Under the pieces are notes generated by a model that saw only the letters and a program-made list of their open reading frames with translations, did no database searches and had not been told where the DNA came from. The translations under genes and the position numbers were made by a program. From the IMG/VR virus record IMGVR_UViG_3300028706_000007, positions 1 through 54,353 of that record: DNA of 54,353 nt; one strand, 5' to 3'. This document shows positions 37,923 through 48,700 of this stretch, piece by piece. Within the stretch, counting starts at the first letter, position 1; every line of letters starts with the position of its first letter. This stretch comes from a virus (lineage: Duplodnaviria; Caudoviricetes).

Positions 37923-39011
37923 ATGTTAGATGCATTAAAACCACTGCTTGAAAGCGACTTAGTGAATGATGATACTCGTGTAGCTATCCAGGAAGAATGG
38001 GAAGTAAAGCTAACCGAGACTCGTGAAACTATTCGTGCGGAACTTCGTGAGGAATTCGCAGGTCGTTACGAGCATGACAAAGAAACAATGGTTGAAGCAT
38101 TGGATAAAATGGTAACAGATGGTCTTAAAAACGAAATCACAGAATTAGCAGAAGATAAAAAATCTTTGGTTAAAGATCGTGTTAAGTTCCAAGCTAAAAT
38201 GGCTGAAAATTCACAGAAGTTTAATGAATTTATGGTTACTAAGTTAGCGGAAGAAATTAAAGAATTGAGAAAAGACCGATCGATACAAACAGAAGGGTTT
38301 AAGAAGTTAGAACAATTCGTTGCTAAGTCATTAGCGAAAGAAGTTGTTGAATTTGCGGAAGATAAGCGTGATTTAGTTGAGGCTAAAGTACGTCTGATCA
38401 CTGAGGCGAAGGATAAACTTACTAAACTTAAAAATAACTTTATAGCAGAATCATCTGCCAAAGTTAAAAATGTTGTTACTAAACGAATCCATAGTGAATT
38501 ATCACAGCTACAGGAAGATATTAAATCTGCCCGTGAAAATGATTTCGGTCGTAGAATTTATGAAGCATTCTCTACTGAGTTCTTAACAACTCACTTAAAT
38601 GAGAGTGCAGAAGTTCGTAAATTACAAAGCGAAGTTAAAGCAAAGGATAATAAACTGGCGGAAGCTAAGAAAACAATGACTAAGGCGAAAGTCTTAATCG
38701 AGAGTAAAAACAAGGAAGTGCGTATGATTACCGAAAGTAACCATCGTGCTAAGGTTCTGGATGATTTGCTTGGTCCTCTTAAAGAAGACAAAGCAGAAAT
38801 TATGCAGAATTTATTAGAAAGCGTACAAACATCTCGTTTATCAGGCGCTTTTGAGAAGTACTTACCAGTAGTTCTTGAAAACAAACAGACTAAAGTTAAT
38901 CACAAAAAGAGAACTTTGACTGAAAGTAGAAGAGAAATAACTGGTAATAAAGTAAAAGAAGTAGCTATGGCGGATAATGTCGTTGACATTAAACGTTTAG
39001 CAGGACTTTAA
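37923..39011 (+). CDS. Major prohead scaffold protein (T4 gp22-like), ~362 aa
   Basis: Glu/Lys coiled-coil protein between protease and capsid; start MLDALKPLL after AAGGA. Confidence 0.85.
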   Translation: MLDALKPLLESDLVNDDTRVAIQEEWEVKLTETRETIRAELREEFAGRYEHDKETMVEALDKMVTDGLKNEITELAEDKKSLVKDRVKFQAKMAENSQKFNEFMVTKLAEEIKELRKDRSIQTEGFKKLEQFVAKSLAKEVVEFAEDKRDLVEAKVRLITEAKDKLTKLKNNFIAESSAKVKNVVTKRIHSELSQLQEDIKSARENDFGRRIYEAFSTEFLTTHLNESAEVRKLQSEVKAKDNKLAEAKKTMTKAKVLIESKNKEVRMITESNHRAKVLDDLLGPLKEDKAEIMQNLLESVQTSRLSGAFEKYLPVVLENKQTKVNHKKRTLTESRREITGNKVKEVAMADNVVDIKRLAGL

Positions 39012-39036
39012 GACATCAAATAGGAGAATATAACAA

Positions 39037-40227
39037 ATGTCACAAGAACTATTAGAAAGCCGTTGGAGCGAGACTAAAGATGCCCTTTTAGAAGGGTTGA
39101 ATGGAACAAAGCGTTCATCTATGGCGGTAATTTTAGAAAATACAAAATCATACTTGGCTGAATCAGCTACAGTAGGATCTACGGCTTCAGGTAATGTTGC
39201 TACACTTAATCGTGTAATTTTACCTGTCATCCGTCGTGTTATGCCAACTGTAATTGCAAATGAATTAGTTGGTGTACAACCAATGCAAGGACCAGTAAGC
39301 CAAATTCATACATTGCGTGTGCGTTATGGTACAACAATGAATGATTCAAGCGTAGCCAATGCTGATACCACTGCTGGTGATGAAGCATTGAGCCCATTTA
39401 AGATTGCTACCGCATACTCTGGTGGCAATGGTGCTACACAGTCTAGCTATCAAGGTGCTTCCACATCAAATATGGAAGGAACTGGCGGTCGTAACATTAG
39501 TGTTCAACTCTTGAAACAAGCAGTTGAAGCTAAGACTCGTAAGTTACAAGCACGTTGGACTTTTGAAGCGGCACAGGATGCTAACTCAATGCATGGTATT
39601 GATGTTGAAGCTGAAATTATGGCTGCTTTAGCACAAGAAATCACTGCTGAAATTGATCAAGAGATTCTTTTATCTTTACGTTCATTGGCTAATACAGAAT
39701 TCACATACGATCAGTCTACCGTTTCTGGTACTGCTACGTTCGTGGGTGATGAACATGCTGCATTAGCAGTATTGGTTAATCGTACTGGTAACTTAATTGC
39801 ACAACGCACACGCCGTGGTGCTGGTAACTGGGCTGTTGTTAGTCCTGCTGCATTGACTATTCTGCAATCAGCTACTACATCAGCGTTTGCACGTACTACC
39901 GAAGGTACATTTGAAGCACCAACTAACACTAAGCTAGTAGGTACATTGAATAGTGCTATGAAGATTTATGTTGATTCATATGCTTCTGATTCACAGGCTG
40001 TGTTGGTAGGTTATAAGGGGTCAAGCGAAGCTGATGCAGCTGCGTTCTACTGTCCATATATCCCACTAATGAGTTCAGGAACAGTACTTGATCCTAGCAC
40101 TTTTGAACCAGTAGTTTCATTCCTTACTAGATATGGTTATGTAGAATTAACAAATACTGCAAGCTCATTTGGTAACGCGGGTGATTATCTAGGTGAAATT
40201 GCCGTAGCTAACTTATCATTCCAGTAA
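39037..40227 (+). CDS. Major capsid protein (T4 gp23-like), 396 aa
   Basis: ILENT, LPVIRRVMP, GVQPMQGP, AKTRKLQARWTFEAAQD, EITAEIDQEI, FYCPYIPL and TRYG; SD AGGAG. Confidence 0.97.
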   Translation: MSQELLESRWSETKDALLEGLNGTKRSSMAVILENTKSYLAESATVGSTASGNVATLNRVILPVIRRVMPTVIANELVGVQPMQGPVSQIHTLRVRYGTTMNDSSVANADTTAGDEALSPFKIATAYSGGNGATQSSYQGASTSNMEGTGGRNISVQLLKQAVEAKTRKLQARWTFEAAQDANSMHGIDVEAEIMAALAQEITAEIDQEILLSLRSLANTEFTYDQSTVSGTATFVGDEHAALAVLVNRTGNLIAQRTRRGAGNWAVVSPAALTILQSATTSAFARTTEGTFEAPTNTKLVGTLNSAMKIYVDSYASDSQAVLVGYKGSSEADAAAFYCPYIPLMSSGTVLDPSTFEPVVSFLTRYGYVELTNTASSFGNAGDYLGEIAVANLSFQ

Positions 40228-40250
40228 GTTAAATAAGCAATAACCTTATT

Positions 40251-40277
40251 AAAACCACCCTTCGGGGTGGTTTTTGT
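40251..40277 (+). terminator. Rho-independent terminator after major capsid gene
   Basis: AAAACCACCC-TTCG-GGGTGGTTTTT, with a C(UUCG)G tetraloop. Confidence 0.92.
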
Positions 40278-40326
40278 GTTATGCTACACCTAACCATCCC
40301 AATAAAAGGTATACTGTATCATTGCA

Positions 40327-41778
40327 ATGAGTAAAAAACATAAACAACATATTATTGAACTAATTCGGGAAAAGCCAAAGCATTATTCTCAAATTATAAA
40401 AAGAGATCCTGAACTTAATGAGTGGGTATTATATAATACATTAGTGGAGAGTTCAAAATACAATGAAATGATATATAGTGCATTGTCACAAGAAGATGGC
40501 GTGTGTAGATATGGCAACAATAAAGGGTTTGCTAGGATATCATCAGGGTATCAGTATTGTGGTCATTCATCTACCTGTAGATGCCTAAAGGAAGAGATGG
40601 GACAAAAGGTATCAGCAACCAAATCTAAGTGGTCTAATGAATACCATACCAAGGTAAATAAAAAACGATCCGATACAATGATGCAGAAGTATGGGGTTAG
40701 TCATAATCTTCAACGATTGGATGTTATCAGTAAGTTAAAAAATCCGAAGATACCAGCCGATGTATATGCATTGCTATCAGACCTTGTATGGATGGACAAT
40801 GAGTATAATGTCAAAAAAAGATCATTGGTGGATATTGCCAGTGAACTGAATGTGTATTACGGAACAGTTGGGTGGTATTGTAGGAAGCATGGGTTCAAAA
40901 TACGAAAACGAACAAACTATTCACTGATTGAAATGGAGATAGCAAAGTTTATTGGGGATGAGTTACGTATCAATGTGGTTTTAGGTGATTGGACTATTTT
41001 AGGAAGCAAAGAAATTGATATATTAATCCCATCAAAAGGTATAGGGATTGAAGTTAATGGGTTGTATTGGCATTCATATAATCCATCACATATCAAAGAA
41101 GAATATAAAACAAGGCATATTGATAAGACTGCTACCGCAAAGGAAAAGAATGTAAGGTTGATGCACATCACAGATTATGAGTGGATACACAACGAAGATA
41201 TAATAAAATCAATTATACGAAGTAAGATGGGAATTAACACCAGAATATATGCAAGGAAGTGTACTGTGCAAGTTGTCCCCAAACAGGATGAACACATATT
41301 TTTGGATGCAAATCATTTACAGGGGTATGTCTCATCTAAAATAGCATATGGGTTGTATTATGATAATGAATTGGTATCATTGATGAGTTTTGGTGTGTCA
41401 AGGTACAAAAAGAAGTACGATTATGAATTGTTGAGATCATGTAGCAAAGGAGGCATTACTGTGGTTGGAGGTGGGTCACGAATATTGTCTGCTTTTGGGA
41501 TGAAATATGTTGGATCATTGATGACGTATTGTAGTTTGTCTATGTCAAGTGGCAATGGGTATTTGCAAATGGGTTTTAAGCATCTCAGTAATACAAAGCC
41601 TGGTTACTTTTGGACAGATGGCACTATTAAGATTTCAAGGTATAAAAGCCAAAAGTCAAACCTAGCTAAATGGTTGCCAAACTTTGATGCATCAAAGAGT
41701 GAAAGTATGAATATGTTTGATGCCGGGTATAGAAGATATTATGATTGTGGTAATATGGTGTTTGAGTATGCTAACTAA
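40327..41778 (+). CDS. Putative free-standing homing endonuclease, paralogue of 20874..22610, 483 aa
   Basis: QKYGVSHNLQ repeat unit, HTH-like SLVDIASELNV, EIDILIPSKGIGIEVNGLYWH and IYARKC...YDCG. Confidence 0.7.
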   Translation: MSKKHKQHIIELIREKPKHYSQIIKRDPELNEWVLYNTLVESSKYNEMIYSALSQEDGVCRYGNNKGFARISSGYQYCGHSSTCRCLKEEMGQKVSATKSKWSNEYHTKVNKKRSDTMMQKYGVSHNLQRLDVISKLKNPKIPADVYALLSDLVWMDNEYNVKKRSLVDIASELNVYYGTVGWYCRKHGFKIRKRTNYSLIEMEIAKFIGDELRINVVLGDWTILGSKEIDILIPSKGIGIEVNGLYWHSYNPSHIKEEYKTRHIDKTATAKEKNVRLMHITDYEWIHNEDIIKSIIRSKMGINTRIYARKCTVQVVPKQDEHIFLDANHLQGYVSSKIAYGLYYDNELVSLMSFGVSRYKKKYDYELLRSCSKGGITVVGGGSRILSAFGMKYVGSLMTYCSLSMSSGNGYLQMGFKHLSNTKPGYFWTDGTIKISRYKSQKSNLAKWLPNFDASKSESMNMFDAGYRRYYDCGNMVFEYAN

Positions 41779-41815
41779 GGATACCTAACGCTTTCAGGGT
41801 TTTCGTTGACAACAA

Positions 41816-41831
41816 TATAAATATATAAATA
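41816..41831 (+). promoter_or_regulatory. Tandem T4-type late promoters
   Basis: TATAAATA-TATAAATA back to back, followed by SD AGGAG at 41850-41854. Confidence 0.75.
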
Positions 41832-41863
41832 CATAATATACTAATATAATAGGAGAATATCAA

Positions 41864-42466
41864 GTGGGAAGATTTAAAATTACGAATGATACAGCAGACA
41901 TTGATTGTCGTGTGAAAATTGCGGAGAATGATGAAGCTGCGGGAACGATTATCAGACAAAAAGGTGCTAAGAAGTTTTTAGTTACAGATGGATCAAATAC
42001 TGGTGGTTGTGTGTTATCTGATTTAGCTGATGGGGATTTAGAGAACGGAACAATGACCGTATGTATTGTGCACAATGACAAAGAAGTGAGATTGGAATAT
42101 CTTAGTAATAAATATGGTGTTGATTTTAAAGGGAATCGTTACATATTAACGGTATCAGAGAGTCCAGTACTAGACAATTGTGAACCTGCGATCCTAAAGA
42201 AATCGGCTGATAAATCTAAAAAATCATCAACCCCAAAGACTGCTAAGAAAAAAGCTGTTGTTAAAACAAAGAGTCAACCAGTTAAGAAAGAAGAAAAGGT
42301 AGCGGTAGTGAAAGCAGAAGTAAAACCACCAAAAGACAAGGAAGTAGTTCCTGAAGTTCCGGTGGCAAAAGTGGAAACTCCCAAGATCAAAGAAGTAGCG
42401 CCCAATGATAAAAAGGAAACAAAACCTGTTGAAAAAGTTGCCACGGTTAAAACCTCCGAAGATTAA
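41864..42466 (+). CDS. Probable virion protein with Lys/Pro/Glu-rich tail, 200 aa
   Basis: GTG start after AGGAG. The domain IIRQKGAKKFLVTD...CVL resembles IVAQKGSRRFRVTT...CKL in the next gene. Confidence 0.65.
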   Translation: MGRFKITNDTADIDCRVKIAENDEAAGTIIRQKGAKKFLVTDGSNTGGCVLSDLADGDLENGTMTVCIVHNDKEVRLEYLSNKYGVDFKGNRYILTVSESPVLDNCEPAILKKSADKSKKSSTPKTAKKKAVVKTKSQPVKKEEKVAVVKAEVKPPKDKEVVPEVPVAKVETPKIKEVAPNDKKETKPVEKVATVKTSED

Positions 42467-42551
42467 CTAAATACTAGAATGTTCTACTAATTAGAACATT
42501 TATGCAGAAACCCCTCTGCGTAGTCATAGAACGATTTTCAAGGAGAAAAAA

Positions 42552-43184
42552 ATGGGACGACCAATAAATAAAAAGCACTTTGGTAACACAAACGAAGGCG
42601 GTTTAGGCGGCGAAGGCTTAGACGGAGTATTAGTAACAGCAGCTGGCACTGGTTATTCAACCGGTGAAGCAGTAACAATTTCAGCACCACAATTACCAGG
42701 TGGTATACAAGCAACAGCAACAATTGTATCAGATGGCACTGTTGTATCTGTAACCGTAACAGAAGCAGGTACTGGTTACACATCAGTACCAACAATTACA
42801 TTTGCAACAGGCAATGCAGATGCAACAGGCACAGCGGTATTAACATCGACTAAGGTGAATGCTATTTCATTGACTGCATTCGTAACTGGTGGCAGTGATC
42901 AAATTGGTGATATAGTTGCACAAAAAGGTTCAAGGCGTTTTAGAGTAACAACTGCAACTGGTACTGAAGTCTGTAAATTAGTAACAAGTACACCGAATGC
43001 ACCTGGTGAAATGCGTATTACAGCAACAGATTCAGTAAGTGGAACATATTTTATTAGTAAAATTTCAGCTGGAACATGTACTGTTGTGCGTGGCACAGGC
43101 ACAGAATTTGCGGATGGTGTTAAAGTTGCTTGGACGAAAGGTTCAGCGGTATTGGACTATTCAGTATCAATGACCAATGCATAA
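42552..43184 (+). CDS. Probable virion structural/decoration protein, 210 aa
   Basis: Has its own TAAATA (42468-42473), strong SD AAGGAG and its own terminator; contains GTGYS/GTGYT beta-repeats. Confidence 0.7.
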   Translation: MGRPINKKHFGNTNEGGLGGEGLDGVLVTAAGTGYSTGEAVTISAPQLPGGIQATATIVSDGTVVSVTVTEAGTGYTSVPTITFATGNADATGTAVLTSTKVNAISLTAFVTGGSDQIGDIVAQKGSRRFRVTTATGTEVCKLVTSTPNAPGEMRITATDSVSGTYFISKISAGTCTVVRGTGTEFADGVKVAWTKGSAVLDYSVSMTNA

Positions 43185-43207
43185 TTAGTATATTGATTTA
43201 CATTTTC

Positions 43208-43234
43208 AATCCCCCTTTATTGGGGGATTTTTTT
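43208..43234 (+). terminator. Rho-independent terminator
   Basis: AATCCCCC-TTTATT-GGGGGATT followed by a T run. Confidence 0.88.
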
Positions 43235-43277
43235 GTGTGCTGAAAAACAACTAAATAAGGTATAATAAGGATCTATA

Positions 43278-43946
43278 ATGAGTTTAACAAAAACAGTACA
43301 AGGTGATTATAATATCAATACCATTAATGCAGCTGGTGATGCTGCGAATGATGTGACTATTACGACAGCTAATTTAAGAATAAATGGTGATTTGGTAGTT
43401 ACTGGAACATCAGAAAATGTACTAGTAACAAATTTAGCTATTAGTAATAATACAATTTTGTTAAATGAAGGAGAAGAGGATGAGGGTGTAACAGCGGTTC
43501 ATTCGGGTATTGAAATTGACCGTGGAACAGCACTAAATGTAGGGATACGGTACGATGATAGTTTAGATGCTTGGCAACTTACACATGATGGCACTATATG
43601 GGAATATATTGTTTCTGATGTTAGTAGTAATAATGCTGGAATGTCAGATGTCGTTGATGATTTAACACCACAGTTAGGTGGAAATCTTGATGTAAATAGT
43701 ATGACAATTACAAGTGCGTCGAATGGCGATGTTGTATTGGATGCTAATGGCACAGGACAAGTGAAAATAAATAATGTGCTTAGTTTGGAAGAACAAGGAG
43801 CAGCACCCTCATCAACTAGTAGTTATAATAAATTATATTCAGCAACACCAGGTGAAGGTGGAACTGGGTTGTATTTTGTAAACTCAACATCTAGTGATGA
43901 ATTAGTATCAAAAACCAAAGCAATGGTTTATGGTTTAATATTTTAA
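43278..43946 (+). CDS. Virion structural protein (fibre-associated), 222 aa
   Basis: TAAATA at 43252; INGDLVVTG, SGIEIDRGT and TPQLGGNLDVN are fibre-type motifs. Confidence 0.65.
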   Translation: MSLTKTVQGDYNINTINAAGDAANDVTITTANLRINGDLVVTGTSENVLVTNLAISNNTILLNEGEEDEGVTAVHSGIEIDRGTALNVGIRYDDSLDAWQLTHDGTIWEYIVSDVSSNNAGMSDVVDDLTPQLGGNLDVNSMTITSASNGDVVLDANGTGQVKINNVLSLEEQGAAPSSTSSYNKLYSATPGEGGTGLYFVNSTSSDELVSKTKAMVYGLIF

Positions 43947-43955
43947 GGATTATAT

Positions 43956-44270
43956 ATGGCAATTAATGCAGTTGCGGTAGGCAACACAAACACTACAATT
44001 TATACAAGCAGTAATGTTTCAGCAGTTACGATGATATCATTGTGTAATTACAGTGCTAGTGGAGTATCTGTAAGTATGCATGTCGTACCAGGTGCAGATA
44101 GTCCAGGCAATAGCAATATCATGATGAAGGACGTATTAATTCCGGCAGGTGATACCTATATGGTGTATTCAGCAGGTGAAAAATTAGTAATGGATAATAA
44201 TGATTATATTAATATTATTGCTGATGCTGGATCATCTATTACCTCTGTTGTTAGTTACACTGGAATCTAA
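43956..44270 (+). CDS. Small beta-rich structural protein, 104 aa
   Basis: SD AAGGA; TAATG coupling to the next gene. Confidence 0.65.
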   Translation: MAINAVAVGNTNTTIYTSSNVSAVTMISLCNYSASGVSVSMHVVPGADSPGNSNIMMKDVLIPAGDTYMVYSAGEKLVMDNNDYINIIADAGSSITSVVSYTGI

Positions 44271-44683
44271 TGGGGCTTGTAAAAAACCAAAAAATTGGTT
44301 TTATGAATAGTTCTGTTGCAATACCAGCAGGAACAGCTGCTGAACGCCCATCTAACCCAATATTTGGACAAATTAGATTCAATACTACTATTGGTAAAGT
44401 AGAATATTTTGATGGTACTGTATTTGCTACAATAGCAAAACAAGGTGATGCCAATATCGAAGTTGATTCATTTACAGGCAATGGATCTGATACTGTTTTC
44501 GGATCAATGGCTTATTCAATAGCAGATGCTACTCAGGTACTTGTTTTCGTTGGTAATATATACCAAATCCCGACTACTAATTATACAGTAGCAGGGACAT
44601 ATGATATCACCTTTACATCAGCACCACCAACTGGGATGCCGATCAATATAATTCATAATCTAAGTAGTAATGAGGTTGCATAA
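44270..44683 (+). CDS. Fibre-associated structural protein, 137 aa
   Basis: PAGTAAERP...GQIRFNTT...EYFDG and FTGNGSDTVF modules, which also occur in 44683..45705 and the giant fibre. Confidence 0.7.
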   Translation: MGLVKNQKIGFMNSSVAIPAGTAAERPSNPIFGQIRFNTTIGKVEYFDGTVFATIAKQGDANIEVDSFTGNGSDTVFGSMAYSIADATQVLVFVGNIYQIPTTNYTVAGTYDITFTSAPPTGMPINIIHNLSSNEVA

Positions 44684-45705
44684 TGGCTATTAGTAAGATA
44701 CATGGCCAAATGCTTACTGATAATCTGCTTCGTGATGGGACAAATCTAGCGTTTGATACTGATTTATTGATGTTGGATGTGGTTAATGATCGTATTGGCA
44801 TTAATGATGCTACACCATCCGAAACATTGAGTATTACCGGAACGCTGTCTGTCTCTGGAAATACCGCAATAACTACATTGACTAATAATCGTGTAGTTAT
44901 TGCTGGAACAAGTGGTTTATTGGAAGATAGTGCCAATCTGACCTTTGATGGAACTACATTAGTCATAGATAATATCAGTTCAGGAACTAATAATGATCTT
45001 ACAATCACAGCAGATGGCACGGGAATTGTAAAAATAACAGGCAATGATGGCATTAGAATACCGTATGGAACTACTGCACAACGTCCATCTACTCCTGTTT
45101 CAAGCACATTTAGATATAATTCTGATTTGGGATATCCCGAAATATACAACGGTGTAATATGGGAAGTGGTTGGTCCTGCTGCCTTTGCCGCACTAACTAG
45201 CCAAACAATCACAGGTGATGGTGCAACTACTGTATTTACATTGGATAATTCAACTACATCTGCGGCAATAATGGTTAATATTAACGGCATTATACAAATG
45301 CCAGATACTGCATATACAGTGTCTGCTAACCAAATAACATTTGCCGAAGCACCTGTTATTACTGATAAAGTAGAAATACGATTTATATCAGAAATAGCAT
45401 CATATAGTGCTATCACAAATGCAAATGGGACTACTAAAGTAGATGCAAGTGGAACCGGCATTACACTAGATATTTCCGGTAATACTGTAATATCAATAGG
45501 TTCTGCTGAAATATTTGATGCTACCAATGCACACAGCATTCAATTGCCAGTTTATACTGTATTACAGGCAAATGCTCTTTCAAATAAATCAAATGGCCAG
45601 CTTATATATGTTTCAGATGGGGATTCAGGCAATCCATGTTTGGCAGTATATAGTGGATCAGATTGGCAACGAATAATTTTTGGTGTAGCTATATCAGCAA
45701 CTTAA
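44683..45705 (+). CDS. Fibre-associated structural protein, 340 aa
   Basis: DRIGINDATP, PYGTTAQRP...FRYNS and ITGDGATTVFTL modules. Confidence 0.7.
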   Translation: MAISKIHGQMLTDNLLRDGTNLAFDTDLLMLDVVNDRIGINDATPSETLSITGTLSVSGNTAITTLTNNRVVIAGTSGLLEDSANLTFDGTTLVIDNISSGTNNDLTITADGTGIVKITGNDGIRIPYGTTAQRPSTPVSSTFRYNSDLGYPEIYNGVIWEVVGPAAFAALTSQTITGDGATTVFTLDNSTTSAAIMVNINGIIQMPDTAYTVSANQITFAEAPVITDKVEIRFISEIASYSAITNANGTTKVDASGTGITLDISGNTVISIGSAEIFDATNAHSIQLPVYTVLQANALSNKSNGQLIYVSDGDSGNPCLAVYSGSDWQRIIFGVAISAT

Positions 45706-45799
45706 TAACACGTTGGTATTTGCCGTAATGTATAATATACACATATAATAATTCCGTAATTTTCCGTAAATAGTAGTAGCTAATTAAGGGAGCTCAATT

Positions 45800-48700
45800 A
45801 TGGCAATTACAAGAATTAAGAATAATCAGATCACTGATGGTACAATTACGGGAACAAAACTCGTTTCTAGTACGATTACAGGTGGTCTTTTAGAAAACGA
45901 CATGACCTATGGTTCAAACCTAACGGTCACCGGCAACTTGACTGTAAGTGGTACATCGACGACAATCGATACTACCGCTATGACAGTTGAAGATCCGATA
46001 ATGGTTTTAGCGTCAAACCAAAGTGGCGCAGGTGCTACGGACATCGGGTTTATCGGTGAACGTGGAACAAACACAAATATAGCATTCGTTTGGGATGAAT
46101 CAGCGGATAAGTTCGTTGCGGCAACTACTTCAGATGCAGATTCTAGCACGACAGTTACGGTATCAGCATATGCTGATATGCAAGTCAAAGACTTAGCATT
46201 AGAAGATTTAGTAGCATCAGCAGATGGTTCATTTGGTGGCACACTAGGTGTTACTGGTGTAACAACACTTGCTAATTTGCTAAACGCAAATGGTGGTATT
46301 GCAGTTGATACAAATAATTTCACTGTAGATGGTTCATCGGGTGCTGTTTCTACTGCAAGCACATTAAATGCTGATGGTGCAACTACATTAGGTAGCACAT
46401 TAGGTGTTACCGGTGCATCAACTGTTGCTGCTATTACTGCATCAGGATTGGCAACATTAAACGGTGGTATTGTAGTTGATACCAATAAGTTCACAGTCGC
46501 TGATGCTACAGGCAATACAGTTATTGATGGCACATTGGATGTTAATGGTGCAACTACTATTTCATCGTTAGATGCATCTGGTGTAGGTGATTTTGCAGAT
46601 ACATTAACATTAAGCAAAGCAACAGGAACAGGACTTTCTGTTACTGCTGATGCAACAGTTGGTGGTACACTCGCTGTTACTGGTGTTACTACATTAACTA
46701 GTGCATTAATTGCAAATGGCGGAACTACTACAACAACATTAAATGCTACTGACAATGCTACGGTGACTACAATCACAGCAAGTGGTTTAGCTAGTTTAGA
46801 TGGTGGAATTGATGTTGATGGCGTATTTACTGTTGCTAATTCAACGGGTAACATAGACACATCAGGTACATTAACCGCTGCAAATACAACAATCAATGGT
46901 ACGTTAGAGTCTACTGGCAATGTTATTGTGGGTGGAAATCTAACAGTTAATGGTACATCTACTACAGTTAATTCAACTGTGGTTTCCGTTGATGACCCAA
47001 TTATGAATTTAGGTGGAGATACTGCACCAGCTGCGGATGACAATAAAGATCGTGGTGTGCAATATCAGTGGCATAACGGAACAGATGCAAAAGTTGGATA
47101 TTTTGGGTATGACGATAGTTCTTCTGAATTTGTATTCATCCCAGATGCATCTAATGCGGCAGAAGTAATGTCTGGTGCGGTGGGTGCTGCTAAATTTGGT
47201 AGCTTAAAAGTTTCTGATTTAACAACTAGTCGTGTGTTACTTGCTGGTACAAACGGTGAAGTAGAAGATTCAACTAATTTAACATTTGATGGATCAATAT
47301 TGGCTGTTACAGGTTCAGCAACAGTAAGTACTACAATGGATGTTACTGGTGCGATGGGTGTTGATGGTGACTTCGATGTTAATTCATCTAAATTCACGGT
47401 AGCAAGTGCAAGTGGTAACACAGCGGTTGCTGGTACACTAACTGTTACTGGTAATACGACACTATCTGGCTCATTAACTTCAGGCGCATTGTCGAGTACT
47501 ACTATTGATGCTAGTGGTTTAGCTAGTTTAGATGGTGGAATTGATGTTGATGGTGCGTTCACTGTTGCTAATTCAACTGGAAATGTTGCTACATCAGGAA
47601 CATTGACTATATCTGGTGGAACTACACTAAATGGTGCAGTTGATATTAACAATACTGCTGATATTAACAATACATTAACATTAAGCAAAGCAACAGGAAC
47701 AGGTCTTTCTGTTACTGCTGATGCAACAGTTGGTGGTACACTCGCTGTAACAGGTGTTACTACATTAACTGGATTACTTAATGCAGATGGTGGTATCGCA
47801 GTTGATACAAGTAACTTCACAGTAGATGGATCGTCAGGTGCAGTAGTTACTGCAAGCACACTATCTGTTGGTGGGTTAGCTAGTTTAAACGGTGGTATTG
47901 AAGTTGATACCAATAAGTTCACTGTCGCTGATAGCACAGGTAATACAGCAATTGCTGGTACATTATCAGTAACAGGCGCAACTACTATTTCATCATTGGA
48001 TGCATCTGGCGTAGGTGATTTTGCAGATACATTAACATTAAGCAAAGCAACAGGAACAGGACTTTCTGTTACTGCTGATGCAACAGTTGGTGGTACACTC
48101 GCTGTTACTGGTCATACTGATGTTAGTTCACTGACATCAACAGGGAATGTTATTGTAGGTGGAAACTTAACCGTTTCTGGCACAACAACAACAGTTAACT
48201 CAACAGTAGTTGAAGTAGCTGATCCAATTATGACATTAGGTACTAATGGGTCAGATGATAACTTAGATCGCGGTCTAAAATTAAAATGGCATAACGGAAC
48301 AGATGCAAAAGAAGCCTTTATGGGTTATGATGATAGTGCTTCTGAATTTGTAGTGATTGCTGATGCAACTGATACTTCGTCTGTTATGACTGGAAGTTTA
48401 AGTGGGATGGCAGTTGGAAGTTTACGTGTTACTGATTTAACAGATAATCGCGTATTAATTGCTGGTGCAAGTGGTGAAGTAGAAGATAGTGGAAACTTAA
48501 CATTTAATGGGTCTACGTTGGCTATTTCTGGAGCAACTACGGTTTCAACTACATTAACTGTTTCCGGTGATGCGTCATTAAGTCAAGCACTTAGTGTTGC
48601 GGGTAATACCACACTAAATGGCAATGTTACATTAGGCAATGCAGGTGTTGATACGGTTACTGTAACAGGTGCTTCGACATTTGGGCAGAGTGCCACATTC

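Noticed and set aside
41806-41835. Sigma70 promoter from TTGACA at 41806
   Set aside because: There is no good -10 hexamer at 16-18 nt spacing, and the tandem TATAAATA late boxes explain the site.
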